Below are positions 30,767 through 44,700 of a stretch of 64,000 nucleotides of DNA, one piece after another. Origin of the DNA: a virus (lineage: Duplodnaviria > Caudoviricetes); IMG/VR virus record IMGVR_UViG_3300031992_000016, positions 64,001-128,000 of that record; one strand, given 5' to 3'. Every line of letters starts with the position of its first letter. Positions within the stretch are counted from its first letter, which is position 1. Both the position numbers and the translations under genes were made by a program. The notes under the pieces are model-generated. The model had not been told where the DNA came from. It ran no database searches and saw nothing but the letters and a program-made list of their open reading frames with translations.

Positions 30767-33700
30767 TTACACAAAGATGAAATCAATACATTCATCGCCG
30801 TCATTCCATGCGCTGTATGCATATTCAGTGGTGCCATAATGCCATGAATAACGATAAGCACTTAATTCACCAGGAGTGGTTGTTAAATATACGCCACTAT
30901 CTCCAGTAAGTGATACGTTTGCGGCAGTCGCAGCTAATGCTGATGTTGTGCCAAGCAAATAAGTTTTGGTTGTCTAATTTAATGCCGCAGAAATTTTAGA
31001 TGCAGTTGCTGCATTTCCAGTATATTGAGTAGCGCTTACATATGAAGTTGTGCTACTGCCTAAATATACTGTACTAGCCTATAAGCTAGCCGTGCCAGTG
31101 GAACTGCCAAAAATAAATTTAGTTGGTATCGCACGGCTATCTTTCGCGCGATAGCCAAAAAATATTGTTGTACTAGTATTTGTACCGCCAAAATTTATTT
31201 CATTATTGTTTTCTGGATATAACCAAAGTCCAGTAACACCAGATTTGGTTGCTGTTGCGGCATTAGTTACTGTTTCATCACGATACCAAGGCCTATAAGC
31301 ATCTCGAGTAGCTTGTACAGTGCCCGTAGAAGTAGCTTCCTAAACAATTTCAAAAGCATCATATAAATTAATTTGCGTATAACCGTTAGTAACATTAAAT
31401 ACATCAATACCAGTATAACTTTTTATAGGTATTGAAACCCAAAGAGTGCGATAATTAGAAACAGCATCATTATCATAACCAAAACTAACTGTTAATTTAT
31501 CTGTAGACGTTCCACCAATAATAACTGCTTTTGGCTCATACCATAAACTATTCCCATAATTATATCCACTAATACCTATATCAGTATAATCATAAGATTG
31601 ATAAACACGAATGGTAAATGCTAGCATCCAATTAGTTTTAGTTTTAATTTTTACTTTTAAAACGCCATTTAAGGAACCCGAAGTTGTAGACCAATGTGCC
31701 GCAGAAGTATGTTTAGCAGTACCCCATAATGTATTTGCATAAATATTATTCCAGCGTAAAGAAGAAGTACCTAAATCTTTAGTTGCTGTAACTAATGGAT
31801 ATAAATTACCAGACAAACCAACATCGTATGTATTCATACCAATACGAACAGTATTATTCCATGTTGTAGCACTAGTACTACTTGTTCCGCTTTGAATTGC
31901 AAAATAATTTGTATCAGCCGTTCCGGAGCCTAAAGAACCAATACGCCAAGATGCTCCAGCTGTTTTATTACTATTATACCAAAAATTAACAAATTTATCT
32001 GTGTCACCAGTAATAATATTAACATCCGCCGTCATGTTGTTAGTACCATCTAATTTTAAATAAACGGTATTATGATTATGACCAGCAAGAGCAAAGTATG
32101 AATCAGGATGATAAGCTGATGCACCAATTGTAGTGCCAGCAATTACTTTACCACTTGAATCAATATAAATTGGCTAAGTAGCAGTACCAACAGCCGCACG
32201 CGAATCAGTATATAATGCTTTTACCCAAGGCTACCAGCTCATTGTATTAACATTATCTACCTTCACTGTTTTTCCAAAACGATGATGAATTTGATAACTG
32301 CTATCATCAATAAAAATTTGATGTCCATAAGTAGAATGCCATGGAATATCAATAATCATACCGTCATTTGAATTCCAGGTATCATTGTCATTCATTGCAA
32401 TAGATGATACTTTCGCAGCTTGAATACCAATACCATTGGTATGGAATGCATCAACTGCTTCTTTAGTAGTTAATTGTGCATGATATTTTAAAATACTAGC
32501 AGTATCAGCATTGCCAGTAACATTACCATTAAAAATCCATTTATTATCTGCACCTGCATAAATAATCCATTGACTAGCTTTATCATCATATAAACCATGA
32601 TTAACATTTCCAGTTCCAACACCCCACCAATAGCTAATCGTTGAACTATACTACACTTTTATTTCTGCCTAACCGCCTGCAGCGTGTGTTGCAAGTACAT
32701 GACCATTTACAATGCCTGCATATAAATTCTTCCAAGCAAAACTTGCAGTACCTAAATTAAATTCATTGTTCTTACCTGGCCGTAATGCGGTTTTACCATC
32801 AAATAATGCAATAGTATTATCATAACCAGTAGCAAAACCAATAGCTAAAGAGCCAGTTTCTGGATAACAGATATAACTTGGACCACTATTATCTGCGGTT
32901 CTTGTAAATTCAATATGTTTAATCGCGGTTTTGTCACTGAATATTAATCGTTTTACTTCTGCACTATTTAGAATTTTTGTATCTGTCTATACTGTATATA
33001 AATGGTCAGTATATTGATATACTGGATGAGTAGCATAAAGCATAATACAATATGTATTATAAGCACGACCCAACAAAATATAGCAATTACCATCATTAGA
33101 AGAAGGTAATGCCTATACAATTGGACTTGCTGATGCAATTTTACATTTTCTTCCTGTTGTTGGTGTAACTTTCAAATAAACATTCTTATGTGCCGTTAAA
33201 GTTGTACCAGTATTAAACGTATAACGTAAATCTACAGGATAAGAATAATATAATGCGCCAGCACTAATTGCCGCATCTGCATTAACTGTTGTGGTTGTAC
33301 CATAATAATAGATTAAACCATCGAGTAAGAATTCTTGGCTGGTAAGCATTGTCTTACTAGTGCCAGTTGAATTGCTTGTACTAGTAAGCGCGCATAAATG
33401 GTCTTCATCAACCTAAAATAATAACTAATATCTATAAATAACATTTGCAGCAATATGATTGCCATTTGCAATATATAAGTTAGAAATGGTTGTACTATTA
33501 CTGTCATAGTAATTTAATACTCTAAACGCACCGCCAGTTACAGTTGTCGCATTAACAGAATCAGCACCATCTATAGGAGTCATACTCGCTGCTGAGCCAG
33601 CAGCTTCAAACGTTACCCATAAATAATTATTAACAGGATAATGTGTAGTTAATCTACCAGTTCCATTTAAAACAACTGGATAGTAATTAGTACCATTATT

Positions 33701-36700
33701 CATGGAAATATAAACGCCCCAAGTGTGACCGGCGACAGGAATTTTAATTAAGAAAGTATCACCATCAGCAACATTTCTACCAATATTATAAGTCCATTTA
33801 ACTGGAAAATAACGCGGTGAAACACCAGAACCTTTATCTTGTTGTGCAGTACCAGTACCAGTAATTAAATTATTAAATACTTTACTATGTACTGTATCAC
33901 TAAATGTGCCATTAGTGCTATATACACCATTAAATTCATGTGATGCATCACCCAAGGAATGGGTTTTAGTTGCATATGAATAAATAGAACCCTAAGTAAT
34001 ATACAATGATTTAGATGCTGTATCCATCGCTGAACCAGTACCAGGACGAAGAAGAATAGCATTAAGCGCATTAATTGCAACATTGCCATTACTTGCTGCG
34101 GCCATATATGCTTGTTCTGTCTTAATTGTACCATTAGAATTAAGAGTGTACCAAGAAATCCTATTATTTGCAGCATTACTAATAGCATCATTAGCAGCAG
34201 TAAATTGAACATTGCCTCTAAATAATCCGCCTAAATCATCTATAATACGTATCCAACGAGTACCAACAACAGCGCCTGCATTTAAACGCTTATAATATAA
34301 ATGATTTGTGCTACCAAAAGGTACTGCTAAATCAGTATAATACCCATTGCTATTGCTATGATGCATTCTTAAAATATGCCACCAGGCTGTAGTTGGTGTA
34401 TCATTTACTTGCGCGGCATGTCCCGCCGTACCATTAATATCAAACCAACGCAAACCAATTAAATTATAATCAGTACCATCATTACGTACTAAACATTTAG
34501 CGCCTGTCGCAGTTCCATCTAAATCACCATGGAACTTATAAGCATATACAGTTTTCCATTGATGCGAAGTATCGCCTAAATCTTGAGCATTATCCGCGCC
34601 TGGACGCACAAGTCCAGTCTTATAAATAACCAACTGTTGATTTGCACTATCTCCTGTGCCAAAGCCAACAGCCAATACAGATGCGGCATTATCAGGATAA
34701 GTAACATAATTCCAACTACTACGGCTAAATTTAATATGTGATTCCGCAGCAGTACTTGCAATGGTTACTGTTTTTGTATTAGTTTCACCATTAATAGTTA
34801 CTTTACCTTTAGCAAAATTAGCAACTTGCGTACCAGTAGTTGCGCGAATAGTATCCCAAGATCCAGATAATGCGGCTTCATAGACTTGAACATCTACCTA
34901 ATTAGCAAACAATCTTATTCTATCAGGACCACTAGTATTATTTACATCATTACCTTTAAATAATAATAATTCACTTTTTTCATTAGCTGTATCTTTTGGT
35001 CCATAAATAGATTCACCAATATAAGTATGATTAAAACCAGCAGGACCATCACCATATACACCATAAAATGCAATATAGTTATTGCTACCAGAGTCGGCAC
35101 TAGCATAACCGTTTTGCCCGCTCCCAGTACCTGCGGTATCACTACTACCAATTAATAATGGTCCTTGTAACCAAGATTTACCACCAGCGACTTTTAACGC
35201 ATAATTTACATCTGGAGCAATATTAATACCTAAATGAGGTCTAATACTCCAACCAGTTGCCGCATGTCCTTGAATACGACTTGCTGCACTATTAGAACCA
35301 TTATAGCTAATATAAAAATTAGAATCAGTAATATCTGCTGCCGCAGCTGTTGCATTTGCTGGCGTTGAATATGCTCCAACTAGCCAAACACCATTACCAG
35401 TACCATTAAGAGTGCCTTGCGTACCACCAAGAGTTACAACAGACCAACCGTTTGAAGATCTATTAATTCTAATTCCTTCTGAGTATGAATTAGAAGTATT
35501 ATAAGAACCATTAATAACAATATGGCCATTAACAGTAATAAGATTGGCACCATTAGATACTGCTGTTCCACTATCACCAAATTTAATACCTGAACTATTG
35601 ATTTGTGCATATTGACCATTAGGCCCAACTTGGAACGTGCCGTCTGTGCGGAAAGTGCCGCTATCTTGATAAACATTCTTTGAACCGACGGTACGTATCC
35701 AAGTCTCATCAGTCATCTTCCAGCCGCCACCATTTGCAAATATTAAAGTATTATTTGTTAATGCAGTATTAGTATTATAAACTTTAAAACCATTAACTGC
35801 GCTAATTTGATGATCGAAATAGTATGATTTATCTTGACCATTTGTAAAATGTATCCAAGAGCCATTTTGCGCGCCAATTTCTACAGTAATACTATGATTA
35901 CTTATTTTTAATGTACCACCACTAATAGTGTCAGACCAAGTATTATCACCGCGCCAAAATTTAGCTGTCGTGCCGCCTGATGTAGAAATAGTTGCGGCAC
36001 TACCGGTAATGCTAATAGGCCACGTACCACTTGCGCCAGTACCAGTTAAAGTAGGTGTGTATAAATTATAATTTTTATCATCTAAAATAGTTGCCCAAGA
36101 TTTCCAAGGATTTGTACCATCAACTACATTCCAACCTGAACGATAACGAATACCATATGCTTTACCTTGAGCAGCGCTAGCATTATGACTAATATAAAAC
36201 TAAACAGCCCCACCATTACCAGCACGTATTACATATAACGCGCCATAGGCATATGGGGCATTTTGATTAGTCCCTGGATTATTAGTACCAGTAAAACCAT
36301 TACTAGAAGCAACATAATACGCACCTGTCGTAGTAATATCCCAAGAGCTATCAACACCAATATTGGTAGGTGCTTTGATAATATCATCTAAAGTACCAGT
36401 ACCGCCTAAGCTGATAGTTTTGTTGCCAATAGTAATGGATGAATTTTCTAACTTACTATTAGCAATAGAACCAGCTAACATAGCATTAGTTACTTTTCCT
36501 GCCCCAATAGTAGTGGCAACACTCCATCCCTTTGTGCTACTGCTTGACTCACCAGTTACGTCACCAGTTAATTTAACTGTTGTCCCAGAGGTAAAAGCCG
36601 CTGCGCTACCAGCCTTAGCAGTATAATCTTTATAGCTAACAGTTACTCGATGCTCTGTTGGTATAATAGAAGCATCATCTGCCGTATTATCAATGACTGA

Positions 36701-38605
36701 CCAGTCTTGTGAATAATCTCTTGTTAAATTGCTTGGCCAATATTCAAACATATCAATATTAAAATGAATATAATATGCTTCTGGTAATACCGCAGTACCA
36801 ATTAAACCCAGACCAATAGCAACATATTCTTGTCCATTTTCAGTATATGAAGATAAAGTAATTACTGGTCTATGTTCAGTGTTAGATGTTGCACTATAAT
36901 TACAAAATTCACCGTTATAAATATAAAAAACCAAACCTAATTCAGTTGGTAGTCCAGGATTATAATTATCCATATGGAAAATCAATTTTGGCATTACGTT
37001 TCCACTAGTATATGGAATTCTTGTTTTAATTAAAATTTCTTTTGGAGTACCAGATGTACCATAATCAATTACATTATGGAAATATCTACCAGTCTATGTT
37101 TTACCTGGCATAATTCCATCGGTACGGAAATGATAATTTGTACCATCATAATATACAATATAATTGCCGCCAGGCAATGTATAGTTTGAAGAAGAAGATG
37201 GCTTGCCGTTAATCCAAACCGGCTTATCTCCTGTTCCGCCAATATTTAATGTAAATGCGCCTTGATAAGTATTATCATAATAATGAGTATAAGGGAACTA
37301 TTTACCTGCTGTTAATTGAAATTTCCAACCGCCAATCGCGATTTTAGCTTGTTTAGCTGCGCCGCTAGTTGAAGTATTCTCATATGGGAACATATAAGAA
37401 TATGTATTATTATAATCAGCATTAGATAAAATCCAATAAGTACCATTATATACAAAAAGTGCGATTGCATCAGCACGCAATTCATTAGTTGATGTTAAAT
37501 TAGCAATATTCGCATTATATAATTTTTTAATATTTTTGGCGCCTTTACCATTAACATTTAAAGTTAAATTAGCAACTGCAGCAGTATTAGTATTACTAAA
37601 TGAAACAACTAATATGTCACCAGTCTATAGCTAATTATAATCTGCACACGTAACTACCTTTGCGGCAGTACCTGCAGCGGTCGCGCACGTACCATAAAAG
37701 ATACGTCCATTACCGGAAGCTAAATTTAAATCACTTAAACTATAACTATTGCCTAATTGTAATGTTTTATTATTTAAAATAAGATAACGACGTTCATCTT
37801 CTGGGGCAGGCGTCCAATATGTAGCTACAGGTCCGCGTTCCAATTTAATATTATTTAATTGTAAAAAATCACCTGCGGCATACTGATTAGTTGTTGTATT
37901 AGTACAATATAATCTAAAATACAACATTGTAATATTCGTTGGCAATACAAATGTAAATTCAACTCTTGTCCCAGTAACTGTTATTCCTTTTCTGGCAGAT
38001 GTAATTTCTGCAACACGTTTGCTTTGCAAAGCAGTTGTATCAAAAGTGCCAGCTGTCGTTTTATCTACATATAAATCTAAATTAATATAATAAGTAGTGC
38101 TATTAGTTGCACCTGATAATAATTTATAATCTAAATCAAAAGCAAGTGTGTATTCTGTATTAACAGCCAATGCGTCAAGATTATTAATTTTAATTTGATT
38201 AGCATTAGCAGTATTACTACTACTGCCTAAATATAAAGCTGCCTAACAAGCTGCGGTTTCTTTCAAAATTAAACCATGCGCATCGCTCGCTGTTAAAGTA
38301 CAATTACTTGCTGGCGTAAAATGATATACACCATTTAAATTTGGTAAATTATTATTATCTTTAAATAAAGTATTTTGTATTAAGTTTCTACCAGCAACAT
38401 CTGTGCCGACTAAATAATCTGCCGCGCGTGCATTCAGTGGGATACGATTGACACCCACTTGTGCCTAGTTCGCATCAGCAATATCAATATAAAACTTGCC
38501 ATCATCTTGCGTAAAATAGGCATACCCTTCCGTAGCCTTATAAGTAGAGTTACCTGTTTTACCTAGTGCTGATGATGAGCCTTTTAAAATTTTAAAGAGT
38601 GCCAA
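30767..38605 (-). CDS. giant tail fibre/adhesin (~2612 aa)
   Basis: AGGAGG + TTG start; ten track ORFs in one frame; CBM-like module (GRNLI...KLERGPVATYWTPAPED), knob-like repeats, LGTSSLRW motifs. Confidence 0.8.
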
Positions 38606-38632
38606 TCTTCAGCCCCTCCTATCTCATCAAAC

Positions 38633-38680
38633 TCTATATAGTATTATAAAACTAATTAGATAATTTATTAAAAATAGTCC
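38633..38680 (-). promoter_or_regulatory. candidate phage late-promoter motif
   Basis: GGAC-N8-ATAA-N2-TATCTA...TTTT...TATATAGA, collinear with 41493-41540, directly after a terminator. Confidence 0.55.
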
Positions 38681-38720
38681 AAAAAAAAATAAGGGTTAAG
38701 TGAATACTCACTTAACCCTA
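38681..38720 (-). terminator. Rho-independent terminator
   Basis: AGGGTTAAGTGA/TCACTTAACCCT stem followed by a T-run on the - strand. Confidence 0.85.
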
Positions 38721-38724
38721 TATA

Positions 38725-39432
38725 TTAAGATATTTCAGTTACATCATTCCAATAGCGACTTTCCATTAATTCTTTAAACTAACGAGTTAATTCGTTATAG
38801 TTCTGTAACATAATTAAATACTAACCATCTTCATAAATGGTTTCTTCTTCTGGAGTTGGTTGTAAAGCATCTAACCCATACAAAATTTTTGTATGTACTG
38901 CTTGTGTGCGCAAATTATATATGTAATGATAATTACTTGGATCATCTTCATCTTCGGCTAAGCGATAAAATCTTAAACCAAATTGAAGAGGTCCAGCAAC
39001 TTTTGTAGCAGCACCTTGAATTATCCAACCAAGTACCATATAGCCAGGATAACTCGTTAAATCTTTAAATAAAATTGGCGAAACATGACTTTCACCGGCC
39101 GCATTTACATATTCAATAACTGCGGTTGTACGATTTAAATCCATATCGTCAAAATAACGAGGTACTTTAAAGAAAATCGTTTCTGCTAAATGGTCTTTTT
39201 CTACACTTAAAAATTCTTTATAAGCAGGTTGATTTTCGATAAGAATTGTTCGGGAATTTAAATCTACGTCAATTAAAGGAGTAGTAGTAGGACATACCCC
39301 GAACAACATCTTATCTTGATAATTCTACTCTATTGTATAAAGAAGGGCTTTTAATACATTTGCGGCACGATTAGTAATCTCAGGATTTGCTACAACTCCT
39401 ACTCCAGTAGCAATTTCTTGTTGAGTTGCCAC
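38725..39432 (-). CDS. BppU-like baseplate protein, 235 aa, with TAG
   Basis: AAGGAGG + GTG start; DHLAETIFFKVPRYFDDMDL...AGPLQFGLRF. Confidence 0.65.
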
Positions 39433-39449
39433 AATAATCCCTCCTTATA

Positions 39450-41435
39450 TTAAGTAATGTTAGGTGGATCTTGTGTAAGTTTATTAACTGCAGCATTGCA
39501 TCTAATTTGAATAGTGCCTGCTTTAGAATAATCAGAGAAAATCTCTTTATCAAACAATTGAGTGCGACCCTTAAATGTAAGCATATAGAAGCCTCTGCTA
39601 CTATCGCGCTGGAAAGCAGGATGGTCTTGCAAGAATTTTAAGAAATCAACAGAAACCACACCAACGTTACTTGTCTGTGCGTTAAGTGCTTCAAATGAAG
39701 TAACATATTCGTCTTCGATAGTAATGTTGAAGGCTAACTCACCAGCATCATTGGATACAAACTGCGCGGTAACGCCAACACTAGCTTTATAGTCATCTTT
39801 ATTTGGTGCAGTTGCTTCATATGTGTCATCACCGATTTCCGCAGAAGCACGGAAATTCATAATCTTACATTCAACCTGAGTACCAGCGGCGTTCAAGTCA
39901 ATGTCAAATGCAGGAGCAACTGGATACAATTGAGCATTTACAGATACGCCTGCGCCCTTCGTTAATGAACTATTCTGATAGGTATTAGTAACATTAACTG
40001 TATATAAACCAGCTTCAGTTGGAGTATATTCTGCGGCAATAGCACCATCAATAGCATTGTTATCTTTATACCATTGATAACTAATTTCGCCATTCTCATG
40101 GTCTTTCTTAGTTGCGCTAACACTAATGCTTTCTTTATCACCAGTACGATTAATAACTAACTCAGTTGGCAATTCTTGTACTACATCAAAATCAGAAGCA
40201 GCAAGAATACTGGTCATATCACTATCAATCCAACGAGTTTCATACTTCCCAGCAGTTTTTTCAACCTTATTACCAATCTTGACATAATAGTCGCCGGGTA
40301 CCTTGGTCTTTAATACGCTGTCCCAAATATTAGTAATAGTAGTAGTTGGTTCATCGCCCTCATTCTCTGCAGGAACAGTTTCAACACGTCTATTGATTGT
40401 ATGATTGACAAGATTAGATTCATTAACTAAATCCCACTCTGGCCAACGCTCTAAGAAACGTGCTTTCATTTCTGAATCAGAAATATCATCAGCGATTGCA
40501 GCACCATTATAATAAAGTTTATAAACAACTTGTGCATCAACAAATTGTCCTTTATTAGCTGCTGCGGCAGCATCTAATTCTGCAACAGTATTATCTTCAC
40601 TTGGAGTAAGTACAACTTCATAATTTTGTACAATATTCTTTTCTCCGAAGCTCTGTACGCCAGCGCCCTTTGGATAATAATTCAAATGAACAATAGGTGC
40701 AGGCATCTGTAACAAACTTGCAGTTCCACTATAGCTTGGACGATTATCTACAATACTAGACCAATCAGTTACATCTTCGGTAAAATCACCAGAAATAGTA
40801 TTCTTTACAGCAACCTTTGCGGCCAATGTGTGCTTTTCAGCAACAACTACTTCATCAATGTTCTTTAAAATAAATGTAACAGCAAAATCAACTGTACCAG
40901 CTACTGAGGCAGGGCCTGACTCATCACCAGAAATGGCCCAACCAAACCACATATGTTCATCATCATAGTCGATATAAAGCGCCTTATCAGTGCCAGATAA
41001 TGTGCCGTTATGCCATTGAATTAAAACTGAACCATGTACGCCGGTATTTTCATCTAAACCAACACAAGCAGCCAAGTCCATTGTATCAAAGTAACGAGGT
41101 ACTTCAAAGAATACAACTTCTGCGAGGTGGTCGCCAACAACTGCAATACCATTCTTTTGGAAATCAGCTGGGACAGTAATAACACCGCTATTTGTATTAA
41201 TAACAAAATACTGTTCATCAAATGGAACTCTCACATACAAAGGTAAGCGAGTCTAATCTATATTAGGCTTATTACGAATAATATCTAATGCTTCGTAATA
41301 TTGAGACAAAGTTTCTACTTGTTGTAACCCAGAGTCAGCAGCCAATTGTTTTCCAATAGTCATTGGCTCTGCATTTTCATTCTCAAATAGAACTCTGTTT
41401 AAACCCCTAGTTAAGGATTCTTGAGTTACTAGCAT
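39450..41435 (-). CDS. BppU-like + Ig-like virion protein, 661 aa, 1 TAG
   Basis: TAG 41253 joins two track ORFs; DHLAEVVFFEVPRYFDTMDL; Ig-like ISYQWYKD...GLYTVNVTN. Confidence 0.7.
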
Positions 41436-41460
41436 AGCTCCACTACTCCTTTCTCATAAT

Positions 41461-41490
41461 TCGAGGAGTGCATTAAGATGCACTCCTCGA
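41461..41490. repeat. perfect 13-bp inverted repeat in gene leader
   Basis: TCGAGGAGTGCAT-taag-ATGCACTCCTCGA; no U-tract. Confidence 0.85.
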
Positions 41491-41492
41491 TA

Positions 41493-41540
41493 TCTATATA
41501 CTTATCAAAAAATTATTAAATATATTATACTACTTCGTCC
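41493..41540 (-). promoter_or_regulatory. candidate phage late-promoter motif
   Basis: GGAC-N8-ATAA-N2-TATTTA...TTTT...TATATAGA. Confidence 0.55.
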
Positions 41541-41740
41541 CGCATACTAATTTCATACCAATTAGTTGCCTCATCTTCTGGCACGGTCACTGTAACCATT
41601 TTGCGCGTACCATCTGTTAATAACTTCCCAGCATCTGCGCGCAATCTAATCAAACGTACATAATATACATCTTCTAAGTGGATAGGAGTTTCTAACACCC
41701 CATTAGTTCCAAGATAGCGATAAATAACTTGACGTGTCAT
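41525..41740 (-). CDS. small tail-associated protein, 71 aa
   Basis: AAAGGAG RBS; LRADAGKLLTDG...WYEI, following a giant tail gene. Confidence 0.65.
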   Translation of the reverse strand: MTRQVIYRYLGTNGVLETPIHLEDVYYVRLIRLRADAGKLLTDGTRKMVTVTVPEDEATNWYEISMRDEVV

Positions 41741-41758
41741 TTGAGTATCTCCTTTCCA

Positions 41759-44700
41759 TTAAATATCTCCATTAGGAGTATAAATAATAAAGTCTGGCGC
41801 ATCGACGCGAGTACCATAGGTAGGATTGCTGCTTGGAGAAGTGTCTCTTAAAGAACCCCACAACTAGCTACCATAAGAACCAGTCTGTTCATCAATTCCA
41901 CCGATAATATCATTTCTACTATATTCTGATAAATCTAAGTATAACATAATTGTTTTAGTTCTAACATCATTAGCAAACCAAGCAACCTGGCCATTATTAT
42001 CTACAGGTGGATTAACAAAATTCTCACGACCTGCTTCACCAGTAAAGTCACGTCTAAATGGTGCTTGACTGCCATCTCCACCTTGACCATAACTTACTAA
42101 TGCTGATGTATTAACTGGATTATCTACTGTACCAAATTCAATAGTTTCGTAGCCAATATTTTCAAATGCTCTTAATCCAATCTATGAAATATTAACATTG
42201 GCAGTTAATACAAGACGTGTATTAGCAATATATCTTGCTCCGCCTTCTTTATTAGCAGCATCGTCTCTATTACGTAACAAACCAACTGAGTTCATTTGGA
42301 TAAATGCTCTTGTGCCAATAACCGATGCATTAATTGGATCATGCAATACTAGGCGTGTAGCATAAGCAACTGCGCCAGGTCCAATTACATTTAATGACTG
42401 TGGTATATCAAGATGACGTAAGTTAGGCATATAAGCAAACGCACATGTACCAAATTCTGTAATCCGACAAGGATTTTGTTCATCATTCATACCTTCAAAG
42501 AAGATGTGAGTAATTTGCGCATTATGTGTCTGGCCATTCTCTACTGTTGCTGTTGGTACATTATCTTGGATAATACCATTGGCTGCCATCTTTGTAACAG
42601 TATAATTAACTGTTTCACCACCGCCAACATCAACAGTAATTGTTCTTGGGATACAAATCTTACCGTAAGCTAATGGGCATCCCTTTTTAATACTAATAGA
42701 AACTTCAGTACCTTGAGCATTATTAGTAGCGATATTAAAGTTTTCTGTTGTACCAGGGATAGGATAATCATATACGCTTACTGTTTTGAATTGTGCGAAG
42801 AACGTAATTGGCTTATCTGTTGTTGGAGTACGAGTTGAATTATAAGTATAATATACATCATTAGCTTCTGGTACTTCTTTTGTGGTCCATCCTAAGAAAT
42901 GATAAGTCTGTGCCAATGGCAACATTGAATCATCCTTATATGGATTAACTCTTGAGAATTGAATTGGCTCGCCTGCATAAGCAGTACCAGTTAATACATT
43001 CCCATCAAAATCAGTAGCAGGAGTAGTCGCATTAAACATATACGTAATTAAATATGGTGTTTTAGAATAAACTGCAACTAATGTATAATTAACTAAATTG
43101 CCGCCTGTTGGTTGCAAAGATAAAGAAGACAAATTAACTTCACCCATGCTATTTGCAGGAAGGATAGTACCAGCATCAATTAAATTTAATGCCTCGGTTT
43201 TATCTAATTGAGATGCCTTGGCACGCCATTGCTCAACGGTATATTGATTTTCGCCATCACCAGCAATAGCCCAACCCATAAAGTCATAATGCAAACGACG
43301 TGGTTTTTCAAAATTCTCTGAATAAGATACCTGTGCATTACCAAATCCATTTGCATACTTTTGAGTGCCAAACTCATGCATGCTCTTACCTTCATCATCT
43401 AAGAATTCAATAAAGCGCGCACGATTAGCTTCTGTTACGTAATTTGCGGTAATATCAAGTTTATTGAAATTACCAGTAGCCTGATAGTAAGCAAAAATTT
43501 CTGCTTCATTTACTGGCGTACTTGAAGTATTATTGATATGTACTTTACCAGTAATAGTAGGAATTAATTTTTCATTCTTATTTGTAACACTATCTAGCAA
43601 TGGACGGAAATGATAATTTTCAATGCTGCCTTGACTAATACGGTCTTGGATGAAATTATTAAACAATGATAAATTAGTGATTGGGCTTTCACCTTTTTCA
43701 GTATCATATAGATATAATAAACCATCACGTTTATCTTGTTCAAATTGTGTAATATTAACACTAGGATTAATATTACCAGCACCAAAATAACGCACATATT
43801 TAATTTGATCTCTATAGTAATAATTTGCTTGCTGTGATTCATCATAGCTTTCATCAACAGCTACTTGATGATAAGGTGTCCAATCAGCATTTAAAACTTG
43901 GATACGCAAATCTGCAGAAGTACCAGTGTGTGCCGTCGTTGGATTAGCAATACGTTCTCTCTTTAATTTTACCAAATAAGCTAGCATCTTATAAGTATCA
44001 TAGCCTAATAAAGTATCATCCATTTGATAATATTGAATAATAGAATTGTATTCATCTGGAATTGCAGAAGTAGTTAATGCATAATCTAACTTATCAGTTA
44101 AATCTTCTATATATAAACCTTCTTGATTATTTCCAGCACTTGTCTATGATTTGCTCGTTAAAATTCTAGTTAATTTCAATGGTGAAATCAAAGACAAATT
44201 ACCAATAGTCTTTGGCAAATAAACTGTAGTTAATACATTACCTGCAGGCATTGGCGCCTGTGCAATTTCAGTACCTAATAGTTTTAAAACTTCTAACTTC
44301 GGACAATCTTTAATATCTGGATCACCAGTTAATTGTTTTAAATTACTTAAATCAACTAAGCGTAATAATCCACGTGGTCCAATAGCAAAGCTGGTTAAAT
44401 TATTGTTGTAATAACCTTCCCTATCATCACCAACTTTTAGCTCACGAATTCTGTCTGCAGAACCAAGCACAAATTCATTCAAATATTTAGGAGCTAAATC
44501 GCCTAAACTTGAAACATATTGTGGGCCTCTTACATAAGCTAATTGCTGCGTTAAAGCAACACCCAAAGATGCACGCTTACCAATTGAACTTGGTGGCTCA
44601 ATAGTAACGTTTTCAGCAGTGCCGCCTAATTTAAATTTAACACTTGGTGCAGCAGTTTGGTCATATAAGACTGTAACATACTGTGATAAATATGGTGTAA

